Shown here: positions 8,800 through 19,166 of the stretch, piece after piece
How positions within the stretch are numbered: position 1 is the first letter of the stretch
How the letters are laid out: every line of letters begins with the position of its first letter
NCBI GenBank assembly: GCA_029855935.1
Contig: JAGSHN010000025.1
Coordinates: forward strand, 1-64,000
Length of the DNA: 64,000 nucleotides
DNA from: Candidatus Thorarchaeota archaeon
Lineage (GTDB): Archaea > Asgardarchaeota > Thorarchaeia > Thorarchaeales > Thorarchaeaceae
Direction: 5' to 3'
Notes under the pieces: generated by a model
The model's input: only the letters and a program-made list of their open reading frames with translations
Database searches by the model: none
Told to the model about the DNA's origin: nothing
Translations under genes and position numbers: made by a program

Positions 8800-9288
8800 C
8801 TAGCCTTGATCAAGCCGCTCTTGCCTCCTCCAAGATACTCTTTCTATGGCAGCATAAACCAGTCCACCGTGCCTCGCAACTGATACAGTACTGTTCGAAT
8901 CCTCAAGGTCGACGGCGTTTGAACAGGAGGATGACACCGTATCGCTCTGCGGGAACCATCTTCGTGCAGAATCCAAAAGACGCGACATACTCTGGTTACA
9001 ACGAGTGCTCGGAGGTTTCAGGCTGTTGGATATGCCGCTACGAATGTAGACCTGCAGTGGCGGCGAATAGTCAGCACAAATACTCATGGACTCATGGGTG
9101 ACATCAACGACTGGGAAAAAGTCTAGGAGCCCTTGAGGGCCGTACGGATACTTACACGCCTTCAACGCAGGCCGCCCTGAACAGGACACATCTAGCTGGT
9201 CCAGAGTTCGCATCAATGTCGACTTCTGCGCCTGACGGAACACTAGGAAGAGATCAACATCGTTGATAGTCCAAGAATCGTCTGACAA
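8800..9288 (-). CDS. Hypothetical protein
   Basis: ORF overlapping and co-oriented with the TOPRIM gene; no recognisable motif. Confidence 0.35.
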   Translation of the reverse strand: MSDDSWTINDVDLFLVFRQAQKSTLMRTLDQLDVSCSGRPALKACKYPYGPQGLLDFFPVVDVTHESMSICADYSPPLQVYIRSGISNSLKPPSTRCNQSMSRLLDSARRWFPQSDTVSSSCSNAVDLEDSNSTVSVARHGGLVYAAIERVSWRRQERLDQG

Positions 9289-9787
9289 AATATCTTAGGG
9301 ACTCGTTATTGCGACAGCCGAGCTGCAAATCGAATTGATCAAGAAGGGATATCATGAATTCTGTCGGTGTCATGCCAGGCGGGCATACGCGTTCAAACTG
9401 CTCCTTTGTCGCATAGTTCTTGCTATCAATCAATGAGGCACCAACTTCCTTCAGCCAAGATGTGGTGACGCCAGCAAGATACCAGCTCTCAATCTCATAT
9501 TTCACTCCGACAAACCTACGACGATTCAGTTCAAACGGATATTGTCGGTTGATGCTATCGAACCGACCAGAGTAGCAGGGAACCCAGTCCAAGTCACGCA
9601 CAAAGATGTAGTCGCCAGTCCTATCCGCACTACGAAGATGACCGACGACCCTCTTCTTAGTCAATTGAGCGTATTTCACGAAACGAACCGAGTACTTTTG
9701 TTCAAGTAGCGGCTTCAAGAGTCGCTGAAAGAATCTCTGATCATCGACACCCTCTACAAATATCGTCAATCGTTTCTTCGAGATCAC
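9254..9787 (-). CDS. TOPRIM-fold nuclease (DUF4435/DUF4276/OLD-like)
   Basis: IFVEGVDD, FVRDLD, KYEIESWYL; 4-bp overlap with the ATPase. Confidence 0.7.
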   Translation of the reverse strand: MISKKRLTIFVEGVDDQRFFQRLLKPLLEQKYSVRFVKYAQLTKKRVVGHLRSADRTGDYIFVRDLDWVPCYSGRFDSINRQYPFELNRRRFVGVKYEIESWYLAGVTTSWLKEVGASLIDSKNYATKEQFERVCPPGMTPTEFMISLLDQFDLQLGCRNNESLRYFVRRFLDYQRC

Positions 9788-11049
9788 TCCAAGAGCCCCT
9801 GAACGTAGAGATCTTCAACTCCAAGGTCTTCATTGAGGAACATCCGAACATCCTCGCTGTCCGCAGGACGTTCCACCGTAGAGAAGCCCTCCTCGTTCCT
9901 CCGAACGAGTAGGAGATTCTCAAGCGGGGTATATCGGACAAACTCAGGATTATGCGTGGTGACTATAATCTGGTAATGCCTCCGGCTCGTAACATCCTGC
10001 ATAAAACGGACGATATTCCCGATTAGGGCAGGATGGATGTTGCGTTCAGGCTCTTCGAAGAACAGTACTTTCTTTCTCTCGAAGTACAGAGCAACAATCA
10101 TCGCAGTGATGGCCACGGTCCCGTCGGACAACAAGAAGGATGGTAGTGTATGCCCATCAAAGTAACTCTCCTCCATCATTGTCAGGAGTGTGCCGTCGGG
10201 AAGATTCTCAACAGATACGTTGCGAATGAAAGGAAGAACATCCCCAATGAGGAATATGAGCCTCTTTTTCTGTCGCGGGTCACTGACAATCTGCTTCAGC
10301 CTGATTGCGAGATTTCGACCATCAGGCTCAAGTTCAGCCATTCCTGTCGCAGAAGCTGTACGTTTGCAGGTATGAGAGTCTATGTCGAAAGTGGCTGTGC
10401 TTCTGAAAAACTGATCAAACGGGATTAGTAATGGTGAGAACAAGGCTGTGTGCTCAATGATTGAGAACTTCCGCCATCCAAGTTCTTCGGACAGCGGTTC
10501 TCGCAATACAAGTTCTTTCAATCCTTTGCTTTCAAATACTGCTCTAAGCTCTTGGGGCACTTCGGATGAAATGTGGCCACGATCATTGCTTACAACAACA
10601 GTGCCTTTCGCCAGTTCCTCGACAGGGGTATCCTCACTTCCAAACGGCATTTCTGTGAAGAGATCACATTGGATTTCAGCTCGTTCGCTGACGCTATACT
10701 CCTGCTCACTGTCACCAAGTCCCAATCGAAGCTCGTAAGAGAGGGTACTGATTCGAATGCCAATGCCCTTATCGGGGATACTGATTGTTCCCAGATCTCG
10801 AAGTGTGATTCCAATGACTACCTCGCTGTCAGGGTCACATCCGATAGTGCGAAGATACGAGAAGCCGCCCTGAATTGAGATCGCGTTGTCGATGCCGTGA
10901 GTAGCGGCGTCTTTCAAGAACTTGACTACGGTCACTAGGTTTGATTTGCCTGAGGCATTTGCTCCAATTATCACATTGAATTCTCTCAGACTAACCGATA
11001 CGTCCGCGAAGTTCTTGAAATTGACAAGCCGAATACTAGATATATGCAA
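9784..11049 (-). CDS. ABC-type AAA_21/AAA_15 ATPase
   Basis: Walker A GANASGKSN, signature LSDGT, Walker B FFEEPERNIHP, TTHN. Confidence 0.9.
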   Translation of the reverse strand: MHISSIRLVNFKNFADVSVSLREFNVIIGANASGKSNLVTVVKFLKDAATHGIDNAISIQGGFSYLRTIGCDPDSEVVIGITLRDLGTISIPDKGIGIRISTLSYELRLGLGDSEQEYSVSERAEIQCDLFTEMPFGSEDTPVEELAKGTVVVSNDRGHISSEVPQELRAVFESKGLKELVLREPLSEELGWRKFSIIEHTALFSPLLIPFDQFFRSTATFDIDSHTCKRTASATGMAELEPDGRNLAIRLKQIVSDPRQKKRLIFLIGDVLPFIRNVSVENLPDGTLLTMMEESYFDGHTLPSFLLSDGTVAITAMIVALYFERKKVLFFEEPERNIHPALIGNIVRFMQDVTSRRHYQIIVTTHNPEFVRYTPLENLLLVRRNEEGFSTVERPADSEDVRMFLNEDLGVEDLYVQGLLE

Positions 11050-11258
11050 TGAACATTCCCCTGATGAGCAGTAGGAAACTCAGCTCGTGTGCTACGCCCT
11101 TCCACTCGCCTACTTTTTAAAGTTGAGCCTTTGGCCGAGGTTCCAAACCCGGAACGGCGATAGTCACTTCAAGGGGGAAACTCGCCGTTCATAGTCGGGT
11201 CGCCTGCTGCACAAGGCGAATCTACTCTCTCTTGGCAGCCGGATAGTCTCGTGGGGCA

Positions 11259-14200
11259 TCAAGGCTCATCACCGTGAGAGTCAGTGTCATCCTCGCCACC
11301 GGGCTGTTCAGGCTCCGGCTGGCTCTGAGCATCTTCCTCCACTTCGTGCACTTCAATCGCTGGCGGCTCCGGCACCTCGTAGGTCCGAACTTCTGTTCTA
11401 TTGTCAGCTGACCTCCGACGGATCCTTCGTGCTAGTTTGGGAACACCAGTCACAATCTTGGATGACAGATAGGGAATCACGACCAAGAACACTATCGGGA
11501 AGAGTATTATCACAGCAAGCGAGTAGCTCCTGATGAAGTCCAGTGATGACGCAGTCGCTGCACCGACGACTATGAGGAACATCAGAAACTTTGTCCGAAT
11601 TGATGTCCCGGTGCGCTGGACTAGAAGCTCACGCTCCTCCTCAATCACACGCGGCGGAGTGCCAGCAGTCCGCATCGCCTGAATCCTCCCGAGACCCTTC
11701 CGAATCTCACGGTAGAGATTGACCACGACAACAACGATGCTGCTGACGTAGGTGCCAAAGACCGTGAGAAGTATTGCAGGGACGGCGATCTCACCAAGAT
11801 GGAAGACGTTCTCAAGGATGTAGACTTGAAAGAGCTCGATATGCCGGCCGTACTCTATTATCTGGTAGATCATCCCAGGCACGAGAGCGAGGTGCCACAG
11901 TCCCGCAAGGACACGTCTCCGACTCACGCGCTCTGTTATCAGAATCGAGGAGTAGGCGTCCCGGTACAGCCAGATACCGTAGAGAAGCACAGAGATACCA
12001 ATCAGCAGAATGCTCTCCGCTAGCGCAAGGCCGTACGATCCCATCGTGCCGAGATAGATCGAGTGGAGCAGCACCATTCCACCGCCGCCGAGGACAAGCA
12101 GGTACACGCGATCCAGGCGCGTGACGCTCTGCCTGACTGACAGCTCCTCCTTGCCCCTCGCTGAGAGCATCCCTGCGACTCGGAAGTAGATGAACATCCC
12201 GATGAGGCTGATGACCAACGAGAGACCCGTTCCCAGAATGAAGGTCGAGCCCGTTAGGGTGATCTGGGGGACAGGTACGACAACGCTGAGAGGCAGGCTG
12301 TCACTGGCCGGTATGCATGTCGTGCCACCGACGTGTACCTCCAACTGATAGTCACCGTGGCGCGCGTTGATGTTGTCGAAGATTGCCACATAGACGCCGG
12401 GCGTCTCGGACTCCGTGGCGACGACGGTCCTGTTGGCAAAAGTGACAACAATATCAAGCCCAAGAACAGGCGCGCCGTAGGCGTCCTTGACCTCCACCCT
12501 GACGAGCAGGTCACTCCCCTGTTGCGGAGTGAGGGTCGATGTCGTGATTGTGATCTGCGGGCGAGCCAGTATGTTGACTGTCCCATTGACCACCGCCGTG
12601 TCAGCAAGACTGTCAGACACTTCAATCTCGTAGACGTACTGAGACCACGTCCAGCCATCGGTGGTCACAGTCCGGACATAGGTACCATTCCCGAGGCTCT
12701 CAAAGTAGAACAGCGTCTCTCGCACGGTAAGCCCGACCGTGACCGAAGACATCGGGTTTCCGAGTGCATCAGCAACAGACACTCGGAACTCTATTGGTTC
12801 AGTGCCCTGAACGAATGAGCTGTTTGCAGCCGGGGAGATTACCCTCACCCGCAGTGTGCTCCTGACTTCCACGCTGACATTGAACAGATTGACCGTGACA
12901 AACGGGCTATCCGTCTCCACCACGAAATAGTACACTCCTGGGGGACCGGCAAGCGATAACTGAATCGAGAACTGACTAGAGTCGTTGCCGACAGTCCCCT
13001 GATAGCGTACTCCCTGAAAGATGGCATCCCACGAATACCCCGTGATGGGATGCGCGTAGTCATCGCTGAGCAGAGCCGTGAAGGTGATATTGTCTCCGAC
13101 CATCAGCGGCGCCGGATAGTCGAGCGCGAGCACACCAGAACCGACAAGCCTGAAACGGTGTTGCAAGACGATGGACTCAAGGTACGGATGCGTCACACTG
13201 ATACTTGCGGTATACAGGCCCAGTGGGAAGATGGCCGTGCCTATCTCTGCTGCGTACCGACCAGGTTGGACCTCTGCCAGCAGATACGGGCTGCCCAAGA
13301 TGCTGACGACCACCTCTGCGTCATCAATCTGCGTCCCTATGAGATCGGTCAGATTGAGCTCAAAACTGATAGTCGCACCCTGCGTGACATTCGACATGTA
13401 GGCTGGGCTCACCACGGCCACAGAGGGGACTCCCACGATGGCCATCGTCAGGCTCTTGTTGACAGGCACAACATACGAGCCGCTGATGTTGACCCATAGT
13501 TGATAGAGGCCGGGGGGCACGCCGGGGGTCATCAGCCAAGAGAATGTGTGGCTGTTCAACATACTACCTGACACACCCTGTCCAGCAAGGCCGACTGCGT
13601 AGTCGAACGACGACACCGGGTTGCTGTACGCATCGGTCACAACAAACGTGAGATTTAGCTCAGCGTCATTGCGTGCAGGTGTCTCGTATTCAACTGAAAC
13701 GTCCACTATCCCCAAGACGATCAACCGACGCGATGTCTGGTTAGCGTGAAGGTAGGTCTCCGCAACGGAGATGAGAATCTCGTACTCTCCAGGCGCATAG
13801 CCCGCCGTCGAAAATGTCGCTGCATATGTGCCATTGACTATGTGACTAAGCACAAGGCTCACGGGACTGAGCATAGTCACGGTGGCATCAGAAACCGGGG
13901 TGCCGCTCCAGTCGAACACCGTGACAGAGAGGTCGGTCGAATCGCCCTGAGACAGGGTCCAGCCACCACTCGAGTCCATTGTCAGCACAGGGTTGGACAC
14001 CACCTCCACCGTCGATGTCGTGAACTGCGGATGACCGTACGTTGACGAGACGTAGATCAGGAGAACACGTGAGCCGATTGACGTGTTGGCGGTCACGACA
14101 GCACGGTATCCAGCACCGCCTGTGGAGATTGCGGTGTAGTTCACTCCGTTGAACTCCACCTTCACAAGAATGCCATCGGGAGTTGTCCCATACGAGTCGT

Positions 14201-17200
14201 AGACGTATGCTGATACGTTGAAGTGGCTGCCACCCTCCACCGTCAGCGGATGGCTGACTGAGGCTGTCAGATTACCATAGACCGAGATCGTAACCATACC
14301 AAACTCGGTGCCCACTACGTATTCATCCTCCACTATCACCGTGAAGTTGTATCGTCCGATTGGCAGGTTTGCCGAGTCGTCCAAACGGTAGCTTCCGGCA
14401 ACCACCTCGCTCAGGACAAACTCGTAGGAGCCACTTTTGAGTTTCACTGTCGCGCCAGACAGGGCATTGGAGTACTGGTCTGTCAGATTCAACCATCCCG
14501 AGAAACCAGTATCCTGTTCGACAACGGACGGGATGTCCGTCACGACGACAAGCGTGTCGGTCACCACTCTCAGTTGCGTGGTCGCTGAGGCCACACCCGT
14601 TGCGAAGCGGTGGTCCGCTGTCGCGTTGAGAAGATAGTCACCGGGCGGGAAGGTGACAGTCGACAGGAACACCTCGTACGCGGGGTCGCTGAAATTCGCC
14701 TGGTATACCGTATTGTCAATGGTGACATTGACCGCGGCGTCCGAGATCACTATTCCCAACGAGTCTGTCACAGACACGTACACTGTCGCGTTCTGGCCCT
14801 GAGTTGCCGACTCGGGAGCGTGAACGGTCACTGTAAGAGGGCTCCTGACCGTGAGGTTTCCTATGATGTCACCGGAGATGGGGTGATAGTAGTCGGTAGT
14901 GACCTGCAGAGTCATATTCACCAGCCCCATCGGCCAGTTGACTTGAAACTGTGCCGTGTAATGACCCCCTACGGCGTCGTAGACCAGTCCGTAGCTCCTC
15001 TTTGTCTCCTCTCCGCCTAGATTGTAGTGAGCTATCGCAGTCACACTGGCATTTGAAAGCGATTCCCCGTAGATGTTGGTCACTGTCACACTCAGAGATG
15101 CCGTGTCACCCTGCACCAGTTGGGTGGATGAGAAAGAGACGCTGTAGTCGAGCCGATAGTACCAGTCGAGGTCACGGACAACCCCAGCGTACATACGGTA
15201 TGGTTCGAGGACTGGAAATGCTGCTATGTCCTCGCCGCCGCCAGGGTCGACATTCCCGACAGGGACCGGATTGTAGACTGCGCGCGCGAGAACAATGTCG
15301 CGCAAGGTCTGGTCACTGAGCGTGATTGAGTGGAGTGTCTTGTCCTGCTTGGTAAAGACCACGAGCTCAGGGCCGTTGAACCCGTCGAAGTCTGCTATGG
15401 CATATCCTGAGGGAGTGGCATCACCAATGGAGACCGTCCACTCTACATCAAGACTGGGACCAAGACGCATCAGCGAGAGAAGGCCATCTGTGTCAACCAT
15501 GAACAGGTCGTCGAGCCCATCGGGTTCGAGGTCATACAGGTACAGGCTTCGGAAGTGATAGTCATCGAGAGTATATTTGCCGGACGCACTGATGTTCTGT
15601 GTCTGGACATCAAAGAGATAGAGCCGCGTATCAGCAACTGCCCCTCTCCATAGCGTGATTGCATAGAGGAACTGATCGTGGCCCATTGTGGAGTTGTGGT
15701 AGGACGCAATTCGTCCGTAGCTTGCATCAGTATAGCTCGGCTCCAGCGCTATGTTCTCCTCCTTGACCCGAGAGAGATTCGTGGCGTCGTATATCTGGAC
15801 AAGGGTATCGTTCAGGAGTACGGCGATCTGGTATGAACCGTTCTCACCTGTCTGCGACCAGGCTGCGCCGCGTAGGGGAAGACTGAAGACCTGCCCGCCA
15901 GATGTCAGAGGCGTGTTGGTCCAGCCGCCGGACGAACCCCTGCGCACTATGGCGACGGCGCTGTCATCTACGATATGGGTATCATCAAGACCGTCACCAT
16001 CATCATCGAACACGAAGACCTCGGTGAGCGCGCGTATATTGCGAGTGGCGACATCGTAGGTGTAGGACGTGATGTCCTTTCCGTCGATTAGGTAGACACC
16101 AGCCCGCGAGCTGTTTGCCGTGACCAGTTGTAGGTCGACAACATTGTCGAGATTGTTAGAGGAGGCAAGGAGCGCAAACTGCGTATTGTAGTTACTCCCC
16201 AGCGGGAGCTCGACCGCCTGAACGACCGTGCCGTTGGGACGAAACTTGCGTACCATGATCGCGTATCCCCCACCTGAACCAGGTTCAACCGACGCCGTGT
16301 AGAGGACAATCTCGCCCGTCGAAGTGTTGCCCACGGCCATCACATTGCGCGTCCGCATCTCGTACGGGTAGCTCATCTCATATTCCCAAGCGAGGTGCCC
16401 CGTCACCTCAAACTGCAGAGGACTTGATGGCCCTCCGACATAGGCGGGGTTGAGATACGCATCGACAATCTCGATGTAGTACTCATACTGGCCAGCGGAC
16501 AGCCCGACAAGGAATGTGAGATACTTCCTACCAGATGTGGAGGCTTCCAGGCCCTCACTGGCCCATCCTAGGTCGCCGACGGCACGGATATGGAGCACGG
16601 CTCTCTCCACCGAGGAGTCCTCAGTCACGCCGACCTCGATCTTCACATAGTCGTCCACAACTGTCGGATGCAGTGGCCACACTGGGCTCGGTTCGAGTAC
16701 AGGACTTGTGGTGTCGCTCAATCGTACATAGATGTCGCGACCAGCCACGGCCAGCATATCATCGCGTCCGTCCGCATCGATGTCGTAGGCATAGGCCCGT
16801 GTCGAGCCCTCAACCTCTGACGCCACGAAGGCAATCTCACTGCTTGACCCGTGAAGGAAACAGAGCCGGTCCTGACTTGTCAGCGTGACCACATCGTCCC
16901 GATCGTCCCTATCCACGGTACCAATACCGGGCGGAGCGTCCACGTTCACGCCCGTCACACGTGAGTACAACACAGCTCCGTCAGAACCGTCAAGGAAGTA
17001 GACTTGGTCCAGCTCAGATAACGATATGACAAGGTCCGTCTGCCCATCGAGCGTTATGTTGGCAGATGCGAGGAAAGTGGGCTCGACCGATGAGGCAGCA
17101 AAGGCCCGGTCGTAGATGGTGCTCAACGCCGAACCCTCAAGTACCGTGACATTTCCCACGCTCTGAAATATTGCAACATCGTCGACCCCAACACCGTACT

Positions 17201-17960
17201 GAAACGTCGTCATTCCTGTCACAGCGTGGGGTAGCACAGTTGATGCAAGCGCACTCGCCGTGCCTGATATGATAGTTACATCCTTTGAGGCCGCGACGCT
17301 GATCTCGTCCCCGAGGGCAACGTTGTAGTCGCCGACATCAACACACGAGATGGCGGATGCTGACTGATAGGTCCCGAGGACGCCTCCATTGTCACGGTCC
17401 ACAATCACGATCTTCCCGGCCGACTTGTCCACTGCAGCAAGATCCAGACCCCCGTCGGCGTCGAAGTCACCGACAAGTATCTGGTCTATGCTCTGCAGGA
17501 GCACGGGATACCGTACTATGCTGGAGCTGCTCACCTTCAGCTCCACGACAAGCCTTGAGGTCGTATTGTCCATACCCCAGAGGAACTCGGTCTCTCCATC
17601 GGAGTCGAGGTCGGAACCGATGATTGTGTCTACGTAGTGCGTCCCGCTGTCCACATCCACAGTCACAGCACCATCCGAGAGCGGGGTGACGAAATAGAAG
17701 CGGTCCGCTGAGTCATCAACGTATGAGTAGCCCCGCTCGCCACCCACGATACCTGGTGCGATGGACGATACGGTACTCGAGGCCGTATACCTCAGAAGAT
17801 AGTCGGCCGCAGGAGCTGCGCGTTCGGGGATGTGGCTCGGGGATGACGTATTCGAGAATCCGACGGGTTCGCCCGAGGGAGAACTCGATATCAAGAATAG
17901 TAGCGCAAGGGCCGACACCATTAATATGAGCCTGAGACGGCTGTTCCTCAAGACAGACAT
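11259..17960 (-). CDS. Giant cell-surface protein: two FG-GAP-like propeller regions, tandem Ig-like repeats and a multi-pass C-terminal membrane domain
   Basis: Signal peptide; GDFDADGGLDL, DIDADGRDDML, DDDGDGLDD and ADFDGFNGPEL motifs; repeated 'V.D..G.P...A.V.V ... G.Y' Ig units; several TM helices; acidic tail. Confidence 0.8.
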   Translation of the reverse strand: MSVLRNSRLRLILMVSALALLFLISSSPSGEPVGFSNTSSPSHIPERAAPAADYLLRYTASSTVSSIAPGIVGGERGYSYVDDSADRFYFVTPLSDGAVTVDVDSGTHYVDTIIGSDLDSDGETEFLWGMDNTTSRLVVELKVSSSSIVRYPVLLQSIDQILVGDFDADGGLDLAAVDKSAGKIVIVDRDNGGVLGTYQSASAISCVDVGDYNVALGDEISVAASKDVTIISGTASALASTVLPHAVTGMTTFQYGVGVDDVAIFQSVGNVTVLEGSALSTIYDRAFAASSVEPTFLASANITLDGQTDLVISLSELDQVYFLDGSDGAVLYSRVTGVNVDAPPGIGTVDRDDRDDVVTLTSQDRLCFLHGSSSEIAFVASEVEGSTRAYAYDIDADGRDDMLAVAGRDIYVRLSDTTSPVLEPSPVWPLHPTVVDDYVKIEVGVTEDSSVERAVLHIRAVGDLGWASEGLEASTSGRKYLTFLVGLSAGQYEYYIEIVDAYLNPAYVGGPSSPLQFEVTGHLAWEYEMSYPYEMRTRNVMAVGNTSTGEIVLYTASVEPGSGGGYAIMVRKFRPNGTVVQAVELPLGSNYNTQFALLASSNNLDNVVDLQLVTANSSRAGVYLIDGKDITSYTYDVATRNIRALTEVFVFDDDGDGLDDTHIVDDSAVAIVRRGSSGGWTNTPLTSGGQVFSLPLRGAAWSQTGENGSYQIAVLLNDTLVQIYDATNLSRVKEENIALEPSYTDASYGRIASYHNSTMGHDQFLYAITLWRGAVADTRLYLFDVQTQNISASGKYTLDDYHFRSLYLYDLEPDGLDDLFMVDTDGLLSLMRLGPSLDVEWTVSIGDATPSGYAIADFDGFNGPELVVFTKQDKTLHSITLSDQTLRDIVLARAVYNPVPVGNVDPGGGEDIAAFPVLEPYRMYAGVVRDLDWYYRLDYSVSFSSTQLVQGDTASLSVTVTNIYGESLSNASVTAIAHYNLGGEETKRSYGLVYDAVGGHYTAQFQVNWPMGLVNMTLQVTTDYYHPISGDIIGNLTVRSPLTVTVHAPESATQGQNATVYVSVTDSLGIVISDAAVNVTIDNTVYQANFSDPAYEVFLSTVTFPPGDYLLNATADHRFATGVASATTQLRVVTDTLVVVTDIPSVVEQDTGFSGWLNLTDQYSNALSGATVKLKSGSYEFVLSEVVAGSYRLDDSANLPIGRYNFTVIVEDEYVVGTEFGMVTISVYGNLTASVSHPLTVEGGSHFNVSAYVYDSYGTTPDGILVKVEFNGVNYTAISTGGAGYRAVVTANTSIGSRVLLIYVSSTYGHPQFTTSTVEVVSNPVLTMDSSGGWTLSQGDSTDLSVTVFDWSGTPVSDATVTMLSPVSLVLSHIVNGTYAATFSTAGYAPGEYEILISVAETYLHANQTSRRLIVLGIVDVSVEYETPARNDAELNLTFVVTDAYSNPVSSFDYAVGLAGQGVSGSMLNSHTFSWLMTPGVPPGLYQLWVNISGSYVVPVNKSLTMAIVGVPSVAVVSPAYMSNVTQGATISFELNLTDLIGTQIDDAEVVVSILGSPYLLAEVQPGRYAAEIGTAIFPLGLYTASISVTHPYLESIVLQHRFRLVGSGVLALDYPAPLMVGDNITFTALLSDDYAHPITGYSWDAIFQGVRYQGTVGNDSSQFSIQLSLAGPPGVYYFVVETDSPFVTVNLFNVSVEVRSTLRVRVISPAANSSFVQGTEPIEFRVSVADALGNPMSSVTVGLTVRETLFYFESLGNGTYVRTVTTDGWTWSQYVYEIEVSDSLADTAVVNGTVNILARPQITITTSTLTPQQGSDLLVRVEVKDAYGAPVLGLDIVVTFANRTVVATESETPGVYVAIFDNINARHGDYQLEVHVGGTTCIPASDSLPLSVVVPVPQITLTGSTFILGTGLSLVISLIGMFIYFRVAGMLSARGKEELSVRQSVTRLDRVYLLVLGGGGMVLLHSIYLGTMGSYGLALAESILLIGISVLLYGIWLYRDAYSSILITERVSRRRVLAGLWHLALVPGMIYQIIEYGRHIELFQVYILENVFHLGEIAVPAILLTVFGTYVSSIVVVVVNLYREIRKGLGRIQAMRTAGTPPRVIEEERELLVQRTGTSIRTKFLMFLIVVGAATASSLDFIRSYSLAVIILFPIVFLVVIPYLSSKIVTGVPKLARRIRRRSADNRTEVRTYEVPEPPAIEVHEVEEDAQSQPEPEQPGGEDDTDSHGDEP

Positions 17961-18231
17961 TGTCGCTCACCTCGCCAGAGCCGACCGTGACTGGACAGCA
18001 GTGACGCTCAAGTAGTGGCCTGCCAAAGACGCAGCGTGACCTCTACGGAGTCAAGTGTCTTCAGGGAATTATTATGTCTTTGTTGCCCAGCCTGCTCTCG
18101 ATTTTGTGACAGACCGTTCGAGGAGTTTCAGTGCAAATAATTCGACAGGCCACTCCCAAGGTGGCGCAGCGCTCCGTCACCTCAGCTACGCTTATGTGTC
18201 GACGGGTCAGTGGTATTGTCAGTGATAGCCC

Positions 18232-18714
18232 GTGATACGCATAGGCGTTGTCCTCGGACGCGGAGGACACACCGCTCAGACCTTTGCGCTTGTCGACCTG
18301 CTCGGCCGCAACTACCAGTACCTCTACCTGATAGGAGTCCTTGATAGACTCACACCCAAGAAGATCAGAATCCCTGGCACAGTCCTTCCAGTGCTGCCGC
18401 CGAGGCTTCTCCCTCAGGACTCCAAGATAATGTCTGTCGTCAGGACCATAGTTACCCTATTCCTGTCGTTCATCTACTTCCTCCTGCTGAGGCCGAAAGT
18501 GGTGCTGAGCTGCGGAACTGGACTGACCGTCCCGGTCTTCTGTGCCGCGCGCGCACTGGGCGTCAAGACCGTCTTCATTGAGAGCATGTCGAGAGTCACC
18601 GAGCTGTCAATGACAGGAAGGCTGTTGCTCGGCAAGACCGACCTCTTCTTCGTGCAGTGGCCGCAACTCGCCGAGAAGACACCAGGCGCTCTATACGGGG
18701 GTCAGCTGCTATGA
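18232..18714 (+). CDS. alg14: Alg14/PssD-like glycosyltransferase subunit
   Basis: GRGGHTAQ, RPKVVLSCGTG, FIESMSRVTELSMTGR, FFVQWP. Confidence 0.88.
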   Translation: MIRIGVVLGRGGHTAQTFALVDLLGRNYQYLYLIGVLDRLTPKKIRIPGTVLPVLPPRLLPQDSKIMSVVRTIVTLFLSFIYFLLLRPKVVLSCGTGLTVPVFCAARALGVKTVFIESMSRVTELSMTGRLLLGKTDLFFVQWPQLAEKTPGALYGGQLL

Positions 18715-19166
18715 TATTCGTCACCGTCGGCACAGCTCACTTCGACCGGCTTGTCCGTGAGATGGACAGACTGGTGGGAGAGGGCGTCATCAAGGAACCC
18801 GTCGTAGCACAGATCGGGCGGGGAGAGTACGTCCCAAGTCATATGAGGTACTTCAGGTTCATCAGGTCGCTCGAGCCAGCCTACAAGCGCGCCAGGCTTG
18901 TCGTCAGCGCGGGAGGGGCCGGCACTACGATGGAGTGCGTCAAGAGAGCAATCCCGCTAGTGGTTGTCGAGAACAAGTCGTTGATGGAGGGACATCAGGC
19001 GCAGCTCATCGGTGAGATGGAGAGGAGAGGACACCTCGTCTGGTGCAGAGACCTCTCCCAGCTCGCTCGGTGCATAGAGCAGGCTCACCACAGAGAGTTT
19101 GAACCATTCGTCAGTGACCCGCCGAAGATGCATCTCTACATCCGACGACTGGCGGAGAGAGGTTGA
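18711..19166 (+). CDS. alg13: Alg13/PssE-like glycosyltransferase subunit (GT28 C-terminal)
   Basis: MIFVTVGT start at ATG 18711 (ATGA overlap); VSAGGAGT; HQAQL. Confidence 0.88.
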   Translation: MIFVTVGTAHFDRLVREMDRLVGEGVIKEPVVAQIGRGEYVPSHMRYFRFIRSLEPAYKRARLVVSAGGAGTTMECVKRAIPLVVVENKSLMEGHQAQLIGEMERRGHLVWCRDLSQLARCIEQAHHREFEPFVSDPPKMHLYIRRLAERG

